Shown here: positions 29,087 through 40,637 of the stretch, piece by piece
Position numbering within the stretch: position 1 is the first letter of the stretch
How the letters are laid out: the number at the start of each line of letters is the position of its first letter
NCBI GenBank assembly: GCA_964635475.1
Contig: CAZWPY010000002.1
Location: 17,293-81,292, forward strand
Direction of reading: 5' to 3'
Length of the DNA: 64,000 nt
DNA from: an uncultured Acidimicrobiia bacterium
GTDB taxonomy: Bacteria > Actinomycetota > Acidimicrobiia > Acidimicrobiales > CAZWPY01
Notes under the pieces: generated by a model
What the model saw: only the letters and a program-made list of their open reading frames with translations
What the model was told of the DNA's origin: nothing
Database searches by the model: none
Program-made: the position numbers and the translations under genes

Positions 29087-29767
29087 TCAGGCGTTGGGGG
29101 ATTCGCTGCCGCGGTGGGCTTCTAGGGCCGCGACGGCTCGTTCGAACACCGTCTCAGGTTGGCCGAGGCCGTCGATGGTCACGAGCTGGCCACGGGTGCC
29201 GTACCAGTCGATGAGCGGTGCGGTCTGTTCCTCGTACAAAGCAAGCCGGCGGCGGATCGCGTCTTCGTTGTCGTCGGCGCGGCGCATGATCGGGCCGCCA
29301 CAGTTGTCACAGGCCCATGCTCGAGCAGGTGGACTGTCCTCCTCGTGGTAGGTCGTGCCGCAGTCACGACACACCAGCCGACCAGCGAGACGCTTCACCA
29401 CGATCTCTGTCGGGACCGCCAAGTCCAACGTCGCGTCGAGGGGGTAGTCGGTCAAGATCGAGTCGAGTGCCTCGGCTTGCTGGACCGTACGAGGAAAACC
29501 GTCGAGCAGAAAGCCCCGAGTACGCACATCGAGCTCGTTGAGCCGCTCCGCGACGAGGCCGATCATCAAGTCGTCGGGGATCAACTCGCCGCGGTCCATG
29601 AAGTCCTTGGCTTGTAGACCCAGCTCTGTGCCCGTCTTCGCGGCGCGACGCAACATCTCTCCCGTGGAGATGTGGGGTACGACGTAGTGATGCGACAGGA
29701 ACACGCACTGCGTGCCCTTCCCCGCACCCTGCTTACCGAGGATGACGAGGCGGATGCCCGGGATCAC
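29087..29767 (-). CDS. adk: adenylate kinase (zinc-lid type)
   Basis: P-loop GKQGAGKGTQ and a lid with CRDCG...CDNCGG. GTG start 7 nt after the secY stop. Confidence 0.95.
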   Translation of the reverse strand: MIPGIRLVILGKQGAGKGTQCVFLSHHYVVPHISTGEMLRRAAKTGTELGLQAKDFMDRGELIPDDLMIGLVAERLNELDVRTRGFLLDGFPRTVQQAEALDSILTDYPLDATLDLAVPTEIVVKRLAGRLVCRDCGTTYHEEDSPPARAWACDNCGGPIMRRADDNEDAIRRRLALYEEQTAPLIDWYGTRGQLVTIDGLGQPETVFERAVAALEAHRGSESPNA

Positions 29768-29774
29768 CCCAGCC

Positions 29775-31085
29775 CTACTTGAGGAATCCCTCGTAGTTAC
29801 GCATCATCAGCTGACTGTCGATCTGCTTCACCGTTTCGAGGCCGACACCGACCGCGATGAGGATCGATGTGCCGCCGAAGGGGAAGTTCTGCAGGTCCTT
29901 GAGTTTGAACACGATCTGCGGCAACAACGCGATGACGGCGATGGCCAACGCGCCCGGCAGTGTGATGCGATCGAGGACCTTCTTCAGATACTGCACGGTT
30001 GGCGGGCCCGGACGAATGCCGGGAATGTAACCACCCTGCTTGCGGATGTTGTCGGCCTGAGTCTGCGGATCGAAACTGATCGCCGTGTAGAAGTAGGCGA
30101 AAAAGATGATCAGCACGGCCAAAAAGGCCATGTTCCACAACGAAGTGGAGGCCACCACGTTGCGGTCAAGCCACGCCGAGACGTCGCCCCAGAAGCCATC
30201 GGAGGGCAAGATCGTCGTGAGCAAAGTCGGCAGATAAAGAACCGAACTGGCAAAGATGATCGGAATCACACCAGCCTGATTGACTTTGAGTGGGATGTAG
30301 GTGCTTCCGCCGCCGTACTGCCGGCGCCCAACGACGCGCTTCGCATATTGGACCGTGATGCGACGTTGTCCGAGCTCCATGTAGATGATCGCAAAGATCA
30401 GACACAAGGCCAGGATCATGATGCCGATGAACCAGCCCCACCCGGCCTGAGCCTTCACGTTGCTGCCCTCGGCCGGAAGGCTCGATATGACAGACGAGAA
30501 GATCAACACCGACATGCCGTTGCCGATGCCCTTTTGGGTGATCAGTTCGCCGAGCCACATGATGAGCGCAGTGCCCGCGGTAACAGTGAGCACGATCAAG
30601 GCGACCCGCGGCAAGTTGTAGACCTTGATCAGGTCGACGCCGGCAGAACCACCGAAGAAGGCCGTGGCGTCGGGGTTGTTGAACAGGAACGTCAGACCCG
30701 TGGCCTGCAGGAGCGCGAGAGCAACTGTCAGGTACCGAGTCCACTGTGTGATCTTGCGTTGGCCGACTGCGCCCTGCTTTTGCCACATCTCGACCCGGGG
30801 GATCACCACACCGAGCAGCTGCATGATGATGCTCGAGGTGATGTAGGGCATGATCCCGAGCGAGAACAACGAAAATCTGGTGAGCGCGCCGCCCGAAAAC
30901 AGGTTCAAAAGCGCGAGCGTGCCACTCGAGTTGTCGGTGTCGGTGAGCTGACGCACCGCCGCGTGGTCGATATAGGGCAGCGGAATGTGCGACCCAAACC
31001 GATAGAGCGCAATCACGCCCAAGGTAAAGAGGACCTTCTTACGAAGGTCGGCCACCTTGAGGACACGCCACACATAAACGGCCAC
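29775..31085 (-). CDS. secY: preprotein translocase subunit SecY
   Basis: ADLRKKVLFTLGVIALYRFGSHIPLP, LFSLGIMPYITSSIIMQLL. The ORF extends to 31235, overlapping rplO. GTG 31085 gives a canonical 436-aa protein but has no obvious SD. Confidence 0.92.
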   Translation of the reverse strand: MAVYVWRVLKVADLRKKVLFTLGVIALYRFGSHIPLPYIDHAAVRQLTDTDNSSGTLALLNLFSGGALTRFSLFSLGIMPYITSSIIMQLLGVVIPRVEMWQKQGAVGQRKITQWTRYLTVALALLQATGLTFLFNNPDATAFFGGSAGVDLIKVYNLPRVALIVLTVTAGTALIMWLGELITQKGIGNGMSVLIFSSVISSLPAEGSNVKAQAGWGWFIGIMILALCLIFAIIYMELGQRRITVQYAKRVVGRRQYGGGSTYIPLKVNQAGVIPIIFASSVLYLPTLLTTILPSDGFWGDVSAWLDRNVVASTSLWNMAFLAVLIIFFAYFYTAISFDPQTQADNIRKQGGYIPGIRPGPPTVQYLKKVLDRITLPGALAIAVIALLPQIVFKLKDLQNFPFGGTSILIAVGVGLETVKQIDSQLMMRNYEGFLK

Positions 31086-31186
31086 GGCGATGGAGAGCGC
31101 CGTGAGCAGCACGATCCCTGCCGCCTTAAGCGCGGTCCCAGCACCGCTGGATGCAAACAACACCGTTGCGGACAACGCGACTCCGA

Positions 31187-31672
31187 TCAGCGGTTGGTAA
31201 GTGCGCTGCCCTGGGCCGGACGGCGCACGGCCCACGGGAGCGGGATGCGCTCCACGGTACCGCCTGCGCCCTCGATAGCCGTGACGGCTGCCGCAGAGAA
31301 CGCGTGGGCTTTGACAGTGGCTTTGCCGCTGAACTCGCCTCGGCCGAGCACCTTCACCAGCGCGCCCTTGGAAATCAAGCCGTGAGCGTGCAGCACCGCA
31401 GGGGTGATCTCGGCTTCATCGAGAGCCGAGAGCGTGTCGAGGTTGATCGGTTGGTACTCGACGCGAAACGGGTTGTTGAACCCACGCAAATACGGCAACC
31501 GCTTCGCCAACGGCAGCTGGCCGCCTTCGAAACCGGCGGGAATCGTGTCGCGTGCGCCTTGACCCTTGGTGCCACGGCCTGCGGTCTTGCCACCCTTGCC
31601 GCCGATACCGCGCGCGACGCGTTTGCGCCGGCGGTTAGAGCCCGGTGCGGGGGCTAAGTCGTGAATCTTCAT
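31187..31672 (-). CDS. rplO: 50S ribosomal protein L15
   Basis: MKIHDLAPAPGSNRRRKRVARGIGGKGGKTAGRGTKGQ. Confidence 0.96.
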   Translation of the reverse strand: MKIHDLAPAPGSNRRRKRVARGIGGKGGKTAGRGTKGQGARDTIPAGFEGGQLPLAKRLPYLRGFNNPFRVEYQPINLDTLSALDEAEITPAVLHAHGLISKGALVKVLGRGEFSGKATVKAHAFSAAAVTAIEGAGGTVERIPLPWAVRRPAQGSALTNR

Positions 31673-31697
31673 AAGTCTCCTTCGAGTCCGAAAGGAC

Positions 31698-31895
31698 TCA
31701 GGCCTTCAGTTCTTCGTCGGACACTTCGTCGACACGAACCAGGTGCGGGACGCGAGCGATCATCCCCCGAATCTCCGGGCGATCAGGCAACACGTTGTTG
31801 CGACCGATGCCACGCAGACCCAGCGCGCGCAACGTCGCACGCTGCTTCGGCTTGGTGGCGATCGCGGAACGAACTTGAGTAACTGACAGAGCCAT
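31698..31895 (-). CDS. rpmD: 50S ribosomal protein L30
   Basis: LSVTQVRSAIATKPKQRATLRALGLRGIG. Confidence 0.93.
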   Translation of the reverse strand: MALSVTQVRSAIATKPKQRATLRALGLRGIGRNNVLPDRPEIRGMIARVPHLVRVDEVSDEELKA

Positions 31896-32443
31896 CAGGC
31901 AACCTCACCCTTGGAACGGCGCTGTGACTCTTTCCACGCGCGCAACACGCCAGCTGGAGCAACCTCGACCGCGGACTTCCCACGCAACGCGGCAACCTCT
32001 TCAGGGTTACGCAATGTCTTTAGCCCGTCGAGGGTGGCACGCGCCACGTTGATCGGATTCGACGCGCCCAGCGACTTCGCCAAGATGTCGTGCACGCCCG
32101 CTGCTTCGAGGATGGCACGCGCGGCACCACCGGCGATAACTCCGGTACCGGGAGCGGCGGGCTTCAGCAACACACGCGATGCGCCGTGTTCGCCCATGTT
32201 CGCGTGCGTAATCGTGGATCCCGCGAGCGGCACCGCGACCATGGCTCGTTTCGCCTCTTCGACAGCCTTTTGGATCGCACCGGGAACTTCTTTGGCCTTG
32301 CCGTAGCCGAGGCCAACCTTGCCGGCCTTGTCGCCTACGACCACCAGGGCCGTGAAGGAGAACCGACGACCGCCCTTAACGACCTTGGCCACGCGGTTGA
32401 TCTTGATGACCCGCTCTTCGAATTGATTCATGCCGTCGGCCAT
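31895..32443 (-). CDS. rpsE: 30S ribosomal protein S5
   Basis: [29 protein letters not shown]. Confidence 0.97.
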   Translation of the reverse strand: MADGMNQFEERVIKINRVAKVVKGGRRFSFTALVVVGDKAGKVGLGYGKAKEVPGAIQKAVEEAKRAMVAVPLAGSTITHANMGEHGASRVLLKPAAPGTGVIAGGAARAILEAAGVHDILAKSLGASNPINVARATLDGLKTLRNPEEVAALRGKSAVEVAPAGVLRAWKESQRRSKGEVA

Positions 32444-32799
32444 CAGAACTCCAGTCCTTCTTCACGAGCTGCGTCGGCGAGTGCAGCGACGCGCCCGTGG
32501 TAACGGTTGCCCCCGCGGTCAAAAACCACGCTCGACACGCCAGCTGCTTTGGCGCGCTCTGCAACCTTTTTGCCGATCGCCTTGGCGGCGTCGATGTTTC
32601 CCGTCGCGCCACCACGCAGGTCGGCCTCGACGGTGCTCGCAGCGGCCAACGTGCGGCCAGCGACGTCGTCGATGACCTGGGCCGAGATGTGTTTGTTCGA
32701 CCGGAAAACAGCCAAACGCGGGCGGGCCGGAGTACCCGCCACCTTCTTGCGAACCCGCAGGTGACGACGGGTCCGTTGAGTGGCTCTTGAGGCGCTCAT
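32443..32799 (-). CDS. rplR: 50S ribosomal protein L18
   Basis: [20 protein letters not shown]...[20 protein letters not shown] 32799 lies inside the longer ORF. Confidence 0.95.
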   Translation of the reverse strand: MSASRATQRTRRHLRVRKKVAGTPARPRLAVFRSNKHISAQVIDDVAGRTLAAASTVEADLRGGATGNIDAAKAIGKKVAERAKAAGVSSVVFDRGGNRYHGRVAALADAAREEGLEF

Positions 32800-32806
32800 C
32801 GGGCAA

Positions 32807-33346
32807 TCACTTTCCGGTCTTGCCGGCTTTACGCAAGACACGTTCGCCTGCGTACCGGACTCCCTTACCCTTGTAGGGCTCGGGCTTGCGGATCTTGCGA
32901 ATGTTGGCCGCGACCTGGCCAACGGCTTCCTTGTCGATCCCACGCACGATCACACGAGTGGGCGCGGGAACTTCAAACGTGATGCCGTCGGGAGCCTCCA
33001 CCGACACCGGGTGGCTGAACCCCAAGGCGAGTTCAAGCTTGCTCGGGTTCTGCGCAGCGGCTCGGTAGCCGACGCCGACGATCTCAAGTTCTTTGGCGAA
33101 CCCGTTGGTGACGCCGATCACCATGTTGTTGACGAGCGAACGCGTCAACCCGTGCAGCGCACGGCTTTGACGTTCGTCGTTGGGACGTTCGACCACCAAC
33201 GAGCCCTCGTCGGAACGCACCGTGATTTCGCCCGGCAACGAACGAGTCAGGGTCCCTTTCGGGCCCTTCACGGTGAGCTCACGATCGTCGACTTTCACGT
33301 CGACGCCCGCTGGTACGGCGATAGGTGCACGACCAATTCGAGACAT
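32807..33346 (-). CDS. rplF: 50S ribosomal protein L6
   Basis: [19 protein letters not shown]...[11 protein letters not shown]-like C-terminus. ATG 33346. Confidence 0.96.
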   Translation of the reverse strand: MSRIGRAPIAVPAGVDVKVDDRELTVKGPKGTLTRSLPGEITVRSDEGSLVVERPNDERQSRALHGLTRSLVNNMVIGVTNGFAKELEIVGVGYRAAAQNPSKLELALGFSHPVSVEAPDGITFEVPAPTRVIVRGIDKEAVGQVAANIRKIRKPEPYKGKGVRYAGERVLRKAGKTGK

Positions 33347-33353
33347 CAGAACC

Positions 33354-33758
33354 TCACCACACGTAACAGAGCACTTCACCACCCACGTGGCGCTGGCGCG
33401 CCTCGCGGTCGGTGAGGAGACCCTGTGAGGTCGACAACACGGCGACGCCGAGTCCACCCAACACACGAGGCAGCGCCTCGGCGTGGGTGTACACGCGTAA
33501 ACCGGGCTTGGACACGCGACGCAGTCCAGAGATGGTGCGTTTGCGATCCGGCGAGTACTTCATTTGGATCTCCAGCACCTTTCCTGGCCGATCGGAGGCG
33601 TCAGCGACGGAAAACCCGTCGATGTAGCCCTCACGGCGCAGGATCTCTGCGAGCGCTTCTTTGACCTTGCTCGAGGGCATCTTCACCGTGTCGTGGTACA
33701 CGACGTTGGCGTTGCGGATGCGGGTGAGCATGTCGGCAATCGGGTCAGTTAATGCCAT
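33354..33758 (-). CDS. rpsH: 30S ribosomal protein S8
   Basis: [18 protein letters not shown]. Confidence 0.97.
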   Translation of the reverse strand: MALTDPIADMLTRIRNANVVYHDTVKMPSSKVKEALAEILRREGYIDGFSVADASDRPGKVLEIQMKYSPDRKRTISGLRRVSKPGLRVYTHAEALPRVLGGLGVAVLSTSQGLLTDREARQRHVGGEVLCYVW

Positions 33759-33767
33759 GAGGCCCCC

Positions 33768-33953
33768 TCACCAACTGGCCTTCGTGACGCCAGGCACTTC
33801 GCCAGCGTGAACCATCTCCCGCAAACAAATCCGGCAGAGCCCGAATCGCTGGAAGACGGCCTTCGGCCGGCCGCACCGGCGGCAGCGCGTGTAGGCGCGG
33901 ACCTTGAACTTCGGAGTCCGCTGCTGCTTTTGAATCAGCGCTTTCTTAGCCAT
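33768..33953 (-). CDS. rpsN: 30S ribosomal protein S14, zinc-binding type Z
   Basis: 61 aa, with CRRCGRP...CRIC cysteine pairs. Confidence 0.95.
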   Translation of the reverse strand: MAKKALIQKQQRTPKFKVRAYTRCRRCGRPKAVFQRFGLCRICLREMVHAGEVPGVTKASW

Positions 33954-33956
33954 TTC

Positions 33957-34520
33957 TCAACCTTCGCGGCGGAACGGGAAACCGAACGCGTCGAGCAGTG
34001 CTCGGCCTTCGGCGTCAGTGCGGGCAGTGGTGACGATGGTGATGTTCATCCCTCTCGTCTGATCGACCTTGTCGTAATCGATCTCAGGGAACATCAACTG
34101 TTCGGCGACTCCAAACGTGTAGTTGCCGCGTCCGTCGAAACTACGGGAGGGCAAACCTCGGAAGTCGCGAATTCGTGGGATCGCAATTGCGACGAGGCGA
34201 TCGAAGAACTCGTACATACGGTCGCCACGCAATGTGACCATCGCGCCGATCGACACGCCTTCACGGAGCTTGAAGCTCGCGATCGACTTCTTTGCTTTGG
34301 TAACGAGGGCCTTCTGACCCGTGATGGTCTCGAGGTCGCGCACTGCAGCGTCGATCAGGCTCGCTTGCTGTGTGGCACGGCCAACGCCCATCGACACGAC
34401 GATCTTGTCGAGGCGCGGGATCTCCATCACGTTGTCGAGGCCGAGCGAGTCCTTCAGGGCTGGCGCCAGCTCCTCGCGGAAGCGCACGGCCAAACGGGGG
34501 CGGGTGGCAGTGGTCATCAC
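33957..34520 (-). CDS. rplE: 50S ribosomal protein L5
   Basis: [40 protein letters not shown]. Confidence 0.96.
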   Translation of the reverse strand: MMTTATRPRLAVRFREELAPALKDSLGLDNVMEIPRLDKIVVSMGVGRATQQASLIDAAVRDLETITGQKALVTKAKKSIASFKLREGVSIGAMVTLRGDRMYEFFDRLVAIAIPRIRDFRGLPSRSFDGRGNYTFGVAEQLMFPEIDYDKVDQTRGMNITIVTTARTDAEGRALLDAFGFPFRREG

Positions 34521-34819
34521 ACGGCCTTCCCGGTCCGGCGGGCAATGCGAATCTTGTTGCCCTTGTCGTCGAACTCGTAACCAACACGCGTGGGCTTGCC
34601 CTTGACCACTAAGGCCACCGCCGACACGGGCAACGGCATGCCCTTGTCGATGATGCCGCCCGGCTGGTTCGGGTTGGTCGAACGTTTTGACTTACGCGCC
34701 ACGTTCACACCTTCAACCACAACGGTTTGGTCCTTGGGATGAGCGGCAAGCACAACGCCTTCGCGCCCGCGGTCTTTGCCGCGCAACACCTGGACGTGGT
34801 CGCCCTTGCGGATTTTCAT
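34517..34819 (-). CDS. rplX: 50S ribosomal protein L24
   Basis: [21 protein letters not shown]. Confidence 0.95.
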   Translation of the reverse strand: MKIRKGDHVQVLRGKDRGREGVVLAAHPKDQTVVVEGVNVARKSKRSTNPNQPGGIIDKGMPLPVSAVALVVKGKPTRVGYEFDDKGNKIRIARRTGKAV

Positions 34820-35184
34820 AGAACCTCCGGCGCCAACGACACGATGCGCATGAACTTCTTGTCGCGAAGCTCGCGGCCAACGGGGCCGAAAATGCGTGTG
34901 CCGCGGGGCTGCATTTGATCGTTGATCAGAACCGCAGCGTTTTCGTCAAAACGGATATAGCTGCCGTCGGGGCGGCGACGCTCCTTGCGGGTGCGGACCA
35001 CCACGCACTTGACGACATCGCCCTTCTTGACGTTCGCGCCCGGCGTCGCGTCCTTCACGGTTGCAACGAACACGTCGCCGATCGAGGCGTATCGGCGGCG
35101 GGAACCACCGAGAACCTTGATGCACAACACCTCGCGGGCGCCGCTGTTGTCGGCCACCCGCAGGCGGCTTTCCTGCTGGATCAT
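34816..35184 (-). CDS. rplN: 50S ribosomal protein L14
   Basis: [28 protein letters not shown]. Confidence 0.98.
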   Translation of the reverse strand: MIQQESRLRVADNSGAREVLCIKVLGGSRRRYASIGDVFVATVKDATPGANVKKGDVVKCVVVRTRKERRRPDGSYIRFDENAAVLINDQMQPRGTRIFGPVGRELRDKKFMRIVSLAPEVL

Positions 35185-35516
35185 CGGGCACGCTCCACTA
35201 CGTCGACCAGACGCCAGCGCTTGAGTTTGGACATCGGGCGAATCTCCGCGACACGTACCCGATCGCCAACCTTGGCGTCGTTGGTCTCGTCGTGGACGTA
35301 GAGCCGCGTGGTGCGCTGCACGGTCTTTGAATAAACACGGTGGCGAACACGATTGACGACCGTGACCACCAGCGTCTTGTTCATCGCGGCCGACACGACG
35401 ATGCCCTCGCGGGTCTTGCGGCCGTTGGGCCGACTCGTGCCCTCAGTGGCAGCGGGGGCCGCATCGGGGGCGGTGTTGTCGTCCATCGTTTCGCTGTTTT
35501 CGTTCTCGTCGCTCAT
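35181..35516 (-). CDS. rpsQ: 30S ribosomal protein S17 (with an acidic N-terminal extension of about 30 aa)
   Basis: The core is [33 protein letters not shown], preceded by [26 protein letters not shown]. Confidence 0.93.
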   Translation of the reverse strand: MSDENENSETMDDNTAPDAAPAATEGTSRPNGRKTREGIVVSAAMNKTLVVTVVNRVRHRVYSKTVQRTTRLYVHDETNDAKVGDRVRVAEIRPMSKLKRWRLVDVVERAR

Positions 35517-35518
35517 GG

Positions 35519-35770
35519 TTATGCCTTTCCGGCTTCCTGGGCCACGCCTTGCTGGGCCTCGGCCGCGGCGATCTCGCGCTCGCGTTTGAGCGTGAGCAGC
35601 CGAGCCACCGAACGCCGGCCTTCTCGAAGTCCGGCCGACTTGTCGGACTGGCCCGAGGCGTATTGGAAGCGGCGGTTGAACAGGTCCTGACGCGCCTCGT
35701 CGAGGGCCTGCAGCAACGCAGCGTCGGACATGCCACGCAAGTCGTTGATGTCGTTGCGCTCGTCGGCCAT
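35519..35770 (-). CDS. rpmC: 50S ribosomal protein L29
   Basis: LRGMSDAALLQALDEARQDLFNRRFQ. Confidence 0.92.
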   Translation of the reverse strand: MADERNDINDLRGMSDAALLQALDEARQDLFNRRFQYASGQSDKSAGLREGRRSVARLLTLKREREIAAAEAQQGVAQEAGKA

Positions 35771-36192
35771 CAGACCAGCACCTCCGGGTTGCGGGGAATG
35801 ATCTTCGCCTTGATCGGCAGTTTCTGGATCGCCCGACTCAGCGCCTCTTTGGCCAGCGTCTCGGGGACTCCGCCCAGTTCAAACATGACTCGGCCGGGCT
35901 TGACCACAGCGACCCAACGTTCGGGGCTGCCTTTGCCTGATCCCATGCGGGTTTCGGCAGGCTTTTCGGTTACGGCCTTGTCCGGGAAGATGTTGATCCA
36001 GACCTTGCCGCCACGACGAACGTGGCGGGTCATGGCGATACGGGCGGCTTCGATTTGGCGAGCGGTGATCCAACCGGCCTCGAGGGCCTGGATCCCGAAA
36101 TCGCCGTGGTTAACGGCGGTTCCACCCTTGGCCATGCCGCGATTACGCCCGCGCTGGGGCTTGCGGTACTTGACCTTCTTCGGCATCAACAT
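35770..36192 (-). CDS. rplP: 50S ribosomal protein L16
   Basis: [24 protein letters not shown]. Confidence 0.98.
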   Translation of the reverse strand: MLMPKKVKYRKPQRGRNRGMAKGGTAVNHGDFGIQALEAGWITARQIEAARIAMTRHVRRGGKVWINIFPDKAVTEKPAETRMGSGKGSPERWVAVVKPGRVMFELGGVPETLAKEALSRAIQKLPIKAKIIPRNPEVLV

Positions 36193-36194
36193 GG

Positions 36195-37118
36195 TCAGTC
36201 AGCCTCCGGCCGGAAATGGGGCGTCTCGTGGTGCTGACGAAGGTTGCGCTCGATGGCTTCTTCTTCGGCCAACAGGGCTTCGAGCTCGGGTGACGCCTCA
36301 CCGACGATGGGTTTGGCTTCGACCTCAACCTCGGCGGCACTGTCGGCTCCCGGCTGGGCAGGTGCGGCTTCGGGCTTACGTTTGCCGCCGCCTGCCGACA
36401 CAACCTGGCGCCGACGTGGTTCGCCCGCGCTCTCGCCAGCGGCCATAGCCGCCTCACGACGGATCTTGTCGTCGTTCGAGGTGCGGTAGGGCAAGATATC
36501 GCCCTTGTAAATCCACACCTTTACGCCAATGCGGCCAAAGGTGGTCCGTGCCTCGCGGAATCCGTAGTCGACATCAGCGCGCAGCGTGTGCAGCGGAACC
36601 CGACCTTCGCGGTACCACTCAGAACGTGACATTTCGGCGCCACCGAGGCGGCCCGAACACTGCACCCGGATACCGAGAGCGCCAGCCTTCTGCGCCGTTT
36701 GCACCGCACGTTTCATCGCACGACGAAACGCGATTCGGTTTGAGAGCTGCTCGGCGACGCCTTCGGCGATCAGCGCCGCGTCGAGTTCGGGCTGCTTGAT
36801 CTCGTTGATGTTCAGTTGGACTCGCGGGTTGCCCGTGAGTTTGGCCAGGGCGGACTTCATCCGCTCGGCCTCCGAGCCGCGCCGACCGATCACAATGCCC
36901 GGACGGGCAGTGAACACGTCGATCTTCAGTCGATCTCGGGTCCGTTCGATCTCGATACGGGAGATGAAGGCGCGCGGCAGTTCGTTAGCGAACAGCTCGC
37001 GGATCTTGCGGTCCTCGATCAAGTAGTTGCGGTAGTCGCCACGTTCGGCGAACCAGCGCGACTTCCAGTCGGTGGTGACACCGAGGCGAAAGCCGTACGG
37101 GTTGACTTTCTGCCCCAT
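36195..37118 (-). CDS. rpsC: 30S ribosomal protein S3 (with a C-terminal extension of about 80 aa)
   Basis: [23 protein letters not shown]. Confidence 0.97.
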   Translation of the reverse strand: MGQKVNPYGFRLGVTTDWKSRWFAERGDYRNYLIEDRKIRELFANELPRAFISRIEIERTRDRLKIDVFTARPGIVIGRRGSEAERMKSALAKLTGNPRVQLNINEIKQPELDAALIAEGVAEQLSNRIAFRRAMKRAVQTAQKAGALGIRVQCSGRLGGAEMSRSEWYREGRVPLHTLRADVDYGFREARTTFGRIGVKVWIYKGDILPYRTSNDDKIRREAAMAAGESAGEPRRRQVVSAGGGKRKPEAAPAQPGADSAAEVEVEAKPIVGEASPELEALLAEEEAIERNLRQHHETPHFRPEAD

Positions 37119-37831
37119 CAGGCACTCTCCTCGCTGTTGTTCTGGCCCTCGCTGTCGCCGTCGGCCTCGTCGGTGACCTCGCCCGACTCGGAGTCGGTCG
37201 TTTCGTCGTCGCTCGTTTCGGCGTCGGCGGCGGCGTCCTCTGTCATTTCGGACACCTCGGCGTCTGACTCCTCATCGAGCGTGTCGCTGGCCTCCGACTC
37301 GGTGGCCTCAGCCGTCTCGGCTGCGGCTGCCGCGGCCTCCTCACGACGGTCACGGCGACGCTGACCAGCGGTACGGCGGGCACGGCTCTCGACAACTTGC
37401 GCCTGACGGACCTCGAGCTCGCCTTCGGGCAAGCGGGTCACGATGATGGTGATGTGGCAGGTCTTCTTATGGATCCGGCCTGCGCGGCCTCGTGCCCGAG
37501 GGCGAAAGCGGCGCAACGACGAGCCGCCGTCGGCGAAACAGGCCGAAACGTAAAGCTCTTCGGAGGGAACGTTGTCGTTGTGTTCAGCGTTGGCGACCGC
37601 CGACGCGAGCAGCTTGGCGACGACGGTGGCCGCGTCACGTTCACAAAAACGCAGAATGTCCGACGCCGTCGTGATGTCGTGGCCCCGGATGAGGTCGAGA
37701 ACCTCGCGAACCTTAAACACGGACATACGCGCATGGCGCAACACCGCGCGCGTTCCCACGTGGTCGGTGAATTCGGCCCGCACGCCGTTGGGGCGTGCAA
37801 CCGGACGCTCGTTGGTCTTGGGACCCGACAT
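37118..37831 (-). CDS. rplV: 50S ribosomal protein L22 with a long acidic C-terminal tail
   Basis: The core is [23 protein letters not shown]...[18 protein letters not shown]. The last roughly 75 residues are D/E/S/T/A only. Confidence 0.95.
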   Translation of the reverse strand: MSGPKTNERPVARPNGVRAEFTDHVGTRAVLRHARMSVFKVREVLDLIRGHDITTASDILRFCERDAATVVAKLLASAVANAEHNDNVPSEELYVSACFADGGSSLRRFRPRARGRAGRIHKKTCHITIIVTRLPEGELEVRQAQVVESRARRTAGQRRRDRREEAAAAAAETAEATESEASDTLDEESDAEVSEMTEDAAADAETSDDETTDSESGEVTDEADGDSEGQNNSEESA

Positions 37832-38118
37832 CAGCGACGTTTGCCTTTCGCGTTCTTTTCCTGACCCGCGTGGTACTTGAAGGTCCGGCTCGGCGCGAAC
37901 TCGCCGAGTTTGTGACCCACCATCGCCTCGGTGCAGTACACCGGCACGTGGCGCCGCCCGTCGTGGACGGCCATCGTGTGGCCAACCATGTCGGGAATGA
38001 TCGTGGAGCGCCGTGACCAGGTCTTGATCACCTTCTTTTCGCCGGCGGCATTTTGCGCGTCCACCTTCGACAGCAAGTGCTGGTCGACGAATGGGCCCTT
38101 TTTGAGACTGCGTGCCAT
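37831..38118 (-). CDS. rpsS: 30S ribosomal protein S19
   Basis: [16 protein letters not shown]...[16 protein letters not shown]. Confidence 0.98.
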   Translation of the reverse strand: MARSLKKGPFVDQHLLSKVDAQNAAGEKKVIKTWSRRSTIIPDMVGHTMAVHDGRRHVPVYCTEAMVGHKLGEFAPSRTFKYHAGQEKNAKGKRR

Positions 38119-38121
38119 GAA

Positions 38122-38958
38122 TTACCTCCGGCTGCCGCGACCGCGGCGACGACGGATGATGAGTTGGGAACTTGCTTTACGCGGATTGCGTGTACGGCCC
38201 TCGGGCTTGCCCCACGGCGACACCGGATGGCGGCCACCTGAGGTTTTGCCTTCGCCGCCGCCGTGCGGGTGATCGACCGGGTTCATCGCCACGCCACGAC
38301 TCTGCGGGCGCACGCCTTTCCAGCGGTTACGACCAGCCTTACCGATCTTGATGAGTTCGGCCTCTGAGTTGCCCACCGTGCCAACCGTGGCGCGGCAGTC
38401 GATCGGGACCCGGCGCATTTCGGTGCTCGGCAGACGCAACGTGGCGTACACGCCTTCCTTAGCGACGAGCTGCACCGACATCCCCGCCGAGCGAGCCATC
38501 TTGCCGCCAGCGCCGGGCTTGAGCTCCACGTTGTGCACGGTGGTTCCGACAGGGATGTAACGAAGCGGCAACGCGTTGCCGGGCTTGATGTCGGAGCCCT
38601 GGCCGCTTTGCACCATGTCGCCCACGCCCAGTTTCTCGGGGGCGAGGATGTAACGCTTCTCGCCGTCGAGATAGTGCAACAACGCAATTCGGCAGTTGCG
38701 ATTGGGGTCGTATTCGATCGACGCGACCTTGGCGGGAACCTGGTCCTTCGTTCGTTTGAAGTCGATGATCCGGTACAACTGCTTGTGGCCGCCGCCGCGG
38801 TGGCGAGACGTTTTGCGTCCAAGGTTGTTTCGACCACCCGTTGAGGGTTTGGGCTCGACCAATGAGCGTTCGGGTCGCGTCCGAGTGATCTCGGAGAAAT
38901 CCGAGACACTCTGAAAACGCCGACCGGCGCTCGTGGGCTTTCGGTTTCGCAAGGCCAT
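38122..38958 (-). CDS. rplB: 50S ribosomal protein L2
   Basis: [16 protein letters not shown]...[21 protein letters not shown] 38958 lies inside the longer ORF. Confidence 0.97.
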   Translation of the reverse strand: MALRNRKPTSAGRRFQSVSDFSEITRTRPERSLVEPKPSTGGRNNLGRKTSRHRGGGHKQLYRIIDFKRTKDQVPAKVASIEYDPNRNCRIALLHYLDGEKRYILAPEKLGVGDMVQSGQGSDIKPGNALPLRYIPVGTTVHNVELKPGAGGKMARSAGMSVQLVAKEGVYATLRLPSTEMRRVPIDCRATVGTVGNSEAELIKIGKAGRNRWKGVRPQSRGVAMNPVDHPHGGGEGKTSGGRHPVSPWGKPEGRTRNPRKASSQLIIRRRRGRGSRR

Positions 38959-38971
38959 GACTAGGCGATCC

Positions 38972-39262
38972 TCAGCTCTGGAAAAGTTCGATCTTGCGCT
39001 CGCCGGCGGCGAGGGTGACGTACGCACGTTTGCGATCGGGGCGCTTGCCAAACGTCGGCTTACGACGGTTGCGCTTGCGTTTGCCTTCCCGATTCAACGT
39101 GTTGACCTTGGTGACCTTCACGTCGAACATGACCTCAACGGCCTGGCGAATTTGGGTCTTGTTGGCTTCGGGTGCGACCAAAAACGTGTACACGCCCTGC
39201 TCGGCGAGCCCGTAGGACTTCTCCGAGATGACGGGTCGCAAGATGACGGTGCTTAGGTCCAT
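38972..39262 (-). CDS. rplW: 50S ribosomal protein L23
   Basis: [24 protein letters not shown]. Confidence 0.95.
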   Translation of the reverse strand: MDLSTVILRPVISEKSYGLAEQGVYTFLVAPEANKTQIRQAVEVMFDVKVTKVNTLNREGKRKRNRRKPTFGKRPDRKRAYVTLAAGERKIELFQS

Positions 39263-39996
39263 CAGTTCTCGTCGCTTTCACTCGTCTCGGGCGCGACCTC
39301 AGCACTCGCCTCGGCAGCCTCTGGCTCTTCGACGGGCGCCTTACTCGACTTCTTCTTGGTCGGCTCGGCAACCTCAGTCGTCGGAGCCTGCGCGGGCAAC
39401 GTCTGGCGTGTGAAAACGATCACGTCGTTGCACAACACGTCGTAGGCGTTGAGTTCAGCTGCGTGGATGAGCTGCACGGCGGGCAAGTTGCCAAACGCTT
39501 TGGCAGCAACGTGATCGTCGTCGCCGAGCACCATCAACACCTTGGTGTCGTTCAAGCCAAGGGTCGTTAGCGCAGCAACTGCCTCCTTGGTCTTCGGCGT
39601 TTCCCACTCCCACGCGTCGACAACCCGGATGTTTCCTTCCGAAGCGCGGTCAGACAGCGCGGAACGCAAGGCGAGCTGAATCATCTTTTTGGGTGTGCGC
39701 TGCGCGTAGCTGCGCGGCTTGGGACCAAGCGCCACACCGCCGCCGACCCACTGCGGTGACCGGGTCGAACCCTGCCGGGCACGTCCGGTGCCTTTCTGGC
39801 GCCACGGCTTACGTCCACCGCCACGCACCTCGGTGCGAGTTTTGGTCGACTGGGTACCCGCGCGAGCGGCCGCGAGCTGGGCAACCACCACTTGGTGCAT
39901 GACCGGCACGTTGGGCGAAATGGCGAACCATTCGTCGGCCACTTCGGCCGAGCCCGCTGCAGCGCCGCTTGCGGTGACAACTTCCAGGCTCGCCAT
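39262..39996 (-). CDS. rplD: 50S ribosomal protein L4 (with an acidic C-terminal extension)
   Basis: [30 protein letters not shown]. Confidence 0.96.
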   Translation of the reverse strand: MASLEVVTASGAAAGSAEVADEWFAISPNVPVMHQVVVAQLAAARAGTQSTKTRTEVRGGGRKPWRQKGTGRARQGSTRSPQWVGGGVALGPKPRSYAQRTPKKMIQLALRSALSDRASEGNIRVVDAWEWETPKTKEAVAALTTLGLNDTKVLMVLGDDDHVAAKAFGNLPAVQLIHAAELNAYDVLCNDVIVFTRQTLPAQAPTTEVAEPTKKKSSKAPVEEPEAAEASAEVAPETSESDEN

Positions 39997-40637
39997 CAGT
40001 TCGATCCCTTCACGGCATTACGCACGACCACAACGCCACCTCGGGGCCCCGGCAAGGCGCCCTTGATCAGCAGCAAGTTGCGCTCGACGTCGGCCTCGAC
40101 AACTTCAAGGTTGAGCGTCGTGACACGCTGGGCGCCCATACGGCCGGCCATACGCGTGCCCTTAAACACACGCGCCGGCGTGGCGCAGGCGCCGACCGAT
40201 CCGGGCGCACGGTGGTGTTTGTGGTTGCCGTGACTGGCGCCTTGGCCGCGGAAGTTGTGCCGCTTCATACCGCCGGCAAAACCCTTGCCCTTGCTCACGC
40301 CAGTGACGTCGACCATCTCGCCCTTTGCGAGCACCGACACGTTGATCTCATCGCCAACGCTGTAGCCGCTCACGTCGTCCAACCGCAGTTCGACCAGCCG
40401 CACGCCGGGCTCCACGTTGGCGGCCTTGAAGTGCCCGGCCTCGGGCTTGTTGACCCGTGACGCCTTCTTCACGCCGTAGGTCACTTGCAAAGCCGAGTAC
40501 CCGTCGCGCTCTGGGGTCTTGACCTGCACGACGCGCAGCGGCTCGACCCGCACAACAGTGACGGGTACCACGCGCTGTTGGTCGTCCCACAGGTGGGTCA
40601 TGCCCACCTTCTCGCCGACGATCGCTTTGGTTGCCAT
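39996..40637 (-). CDS. rplC: 50S ribosomal protein L3
   Basis: [17 protein letters not shown]... Confidence 0.97.
   Translation of the reverse strand: MATKAIVGEKVGMTHLWDDQQRVVPVTVVRVEPLRVVQVKTPERDGYSALQVTYGVKKASRVNKPEAGHFKAANVEPGVRLVELRLDDVSGYSVGDEINVSVLAKGEMVDVTGVSKGKGFAGGMKRHNFRGQGASHGNHKHHRAPGSVGACATPARVFKGTRMAGRMGAQRVTTLNLEVVEADVERNLLLIKGALPGPRGGVVVVRNAVKGSN

Noticed and set aside
29712-31385. 557-aa plus-strand ORF antisense to secY. Similar antisense ORFs overlap groEL (2864..4075), fusA (43349..44905), glmS and tuf.
   Set aside because: For the same reason: they are antisense shadows of confidently identified genes, with no motifs and an implausible composition.
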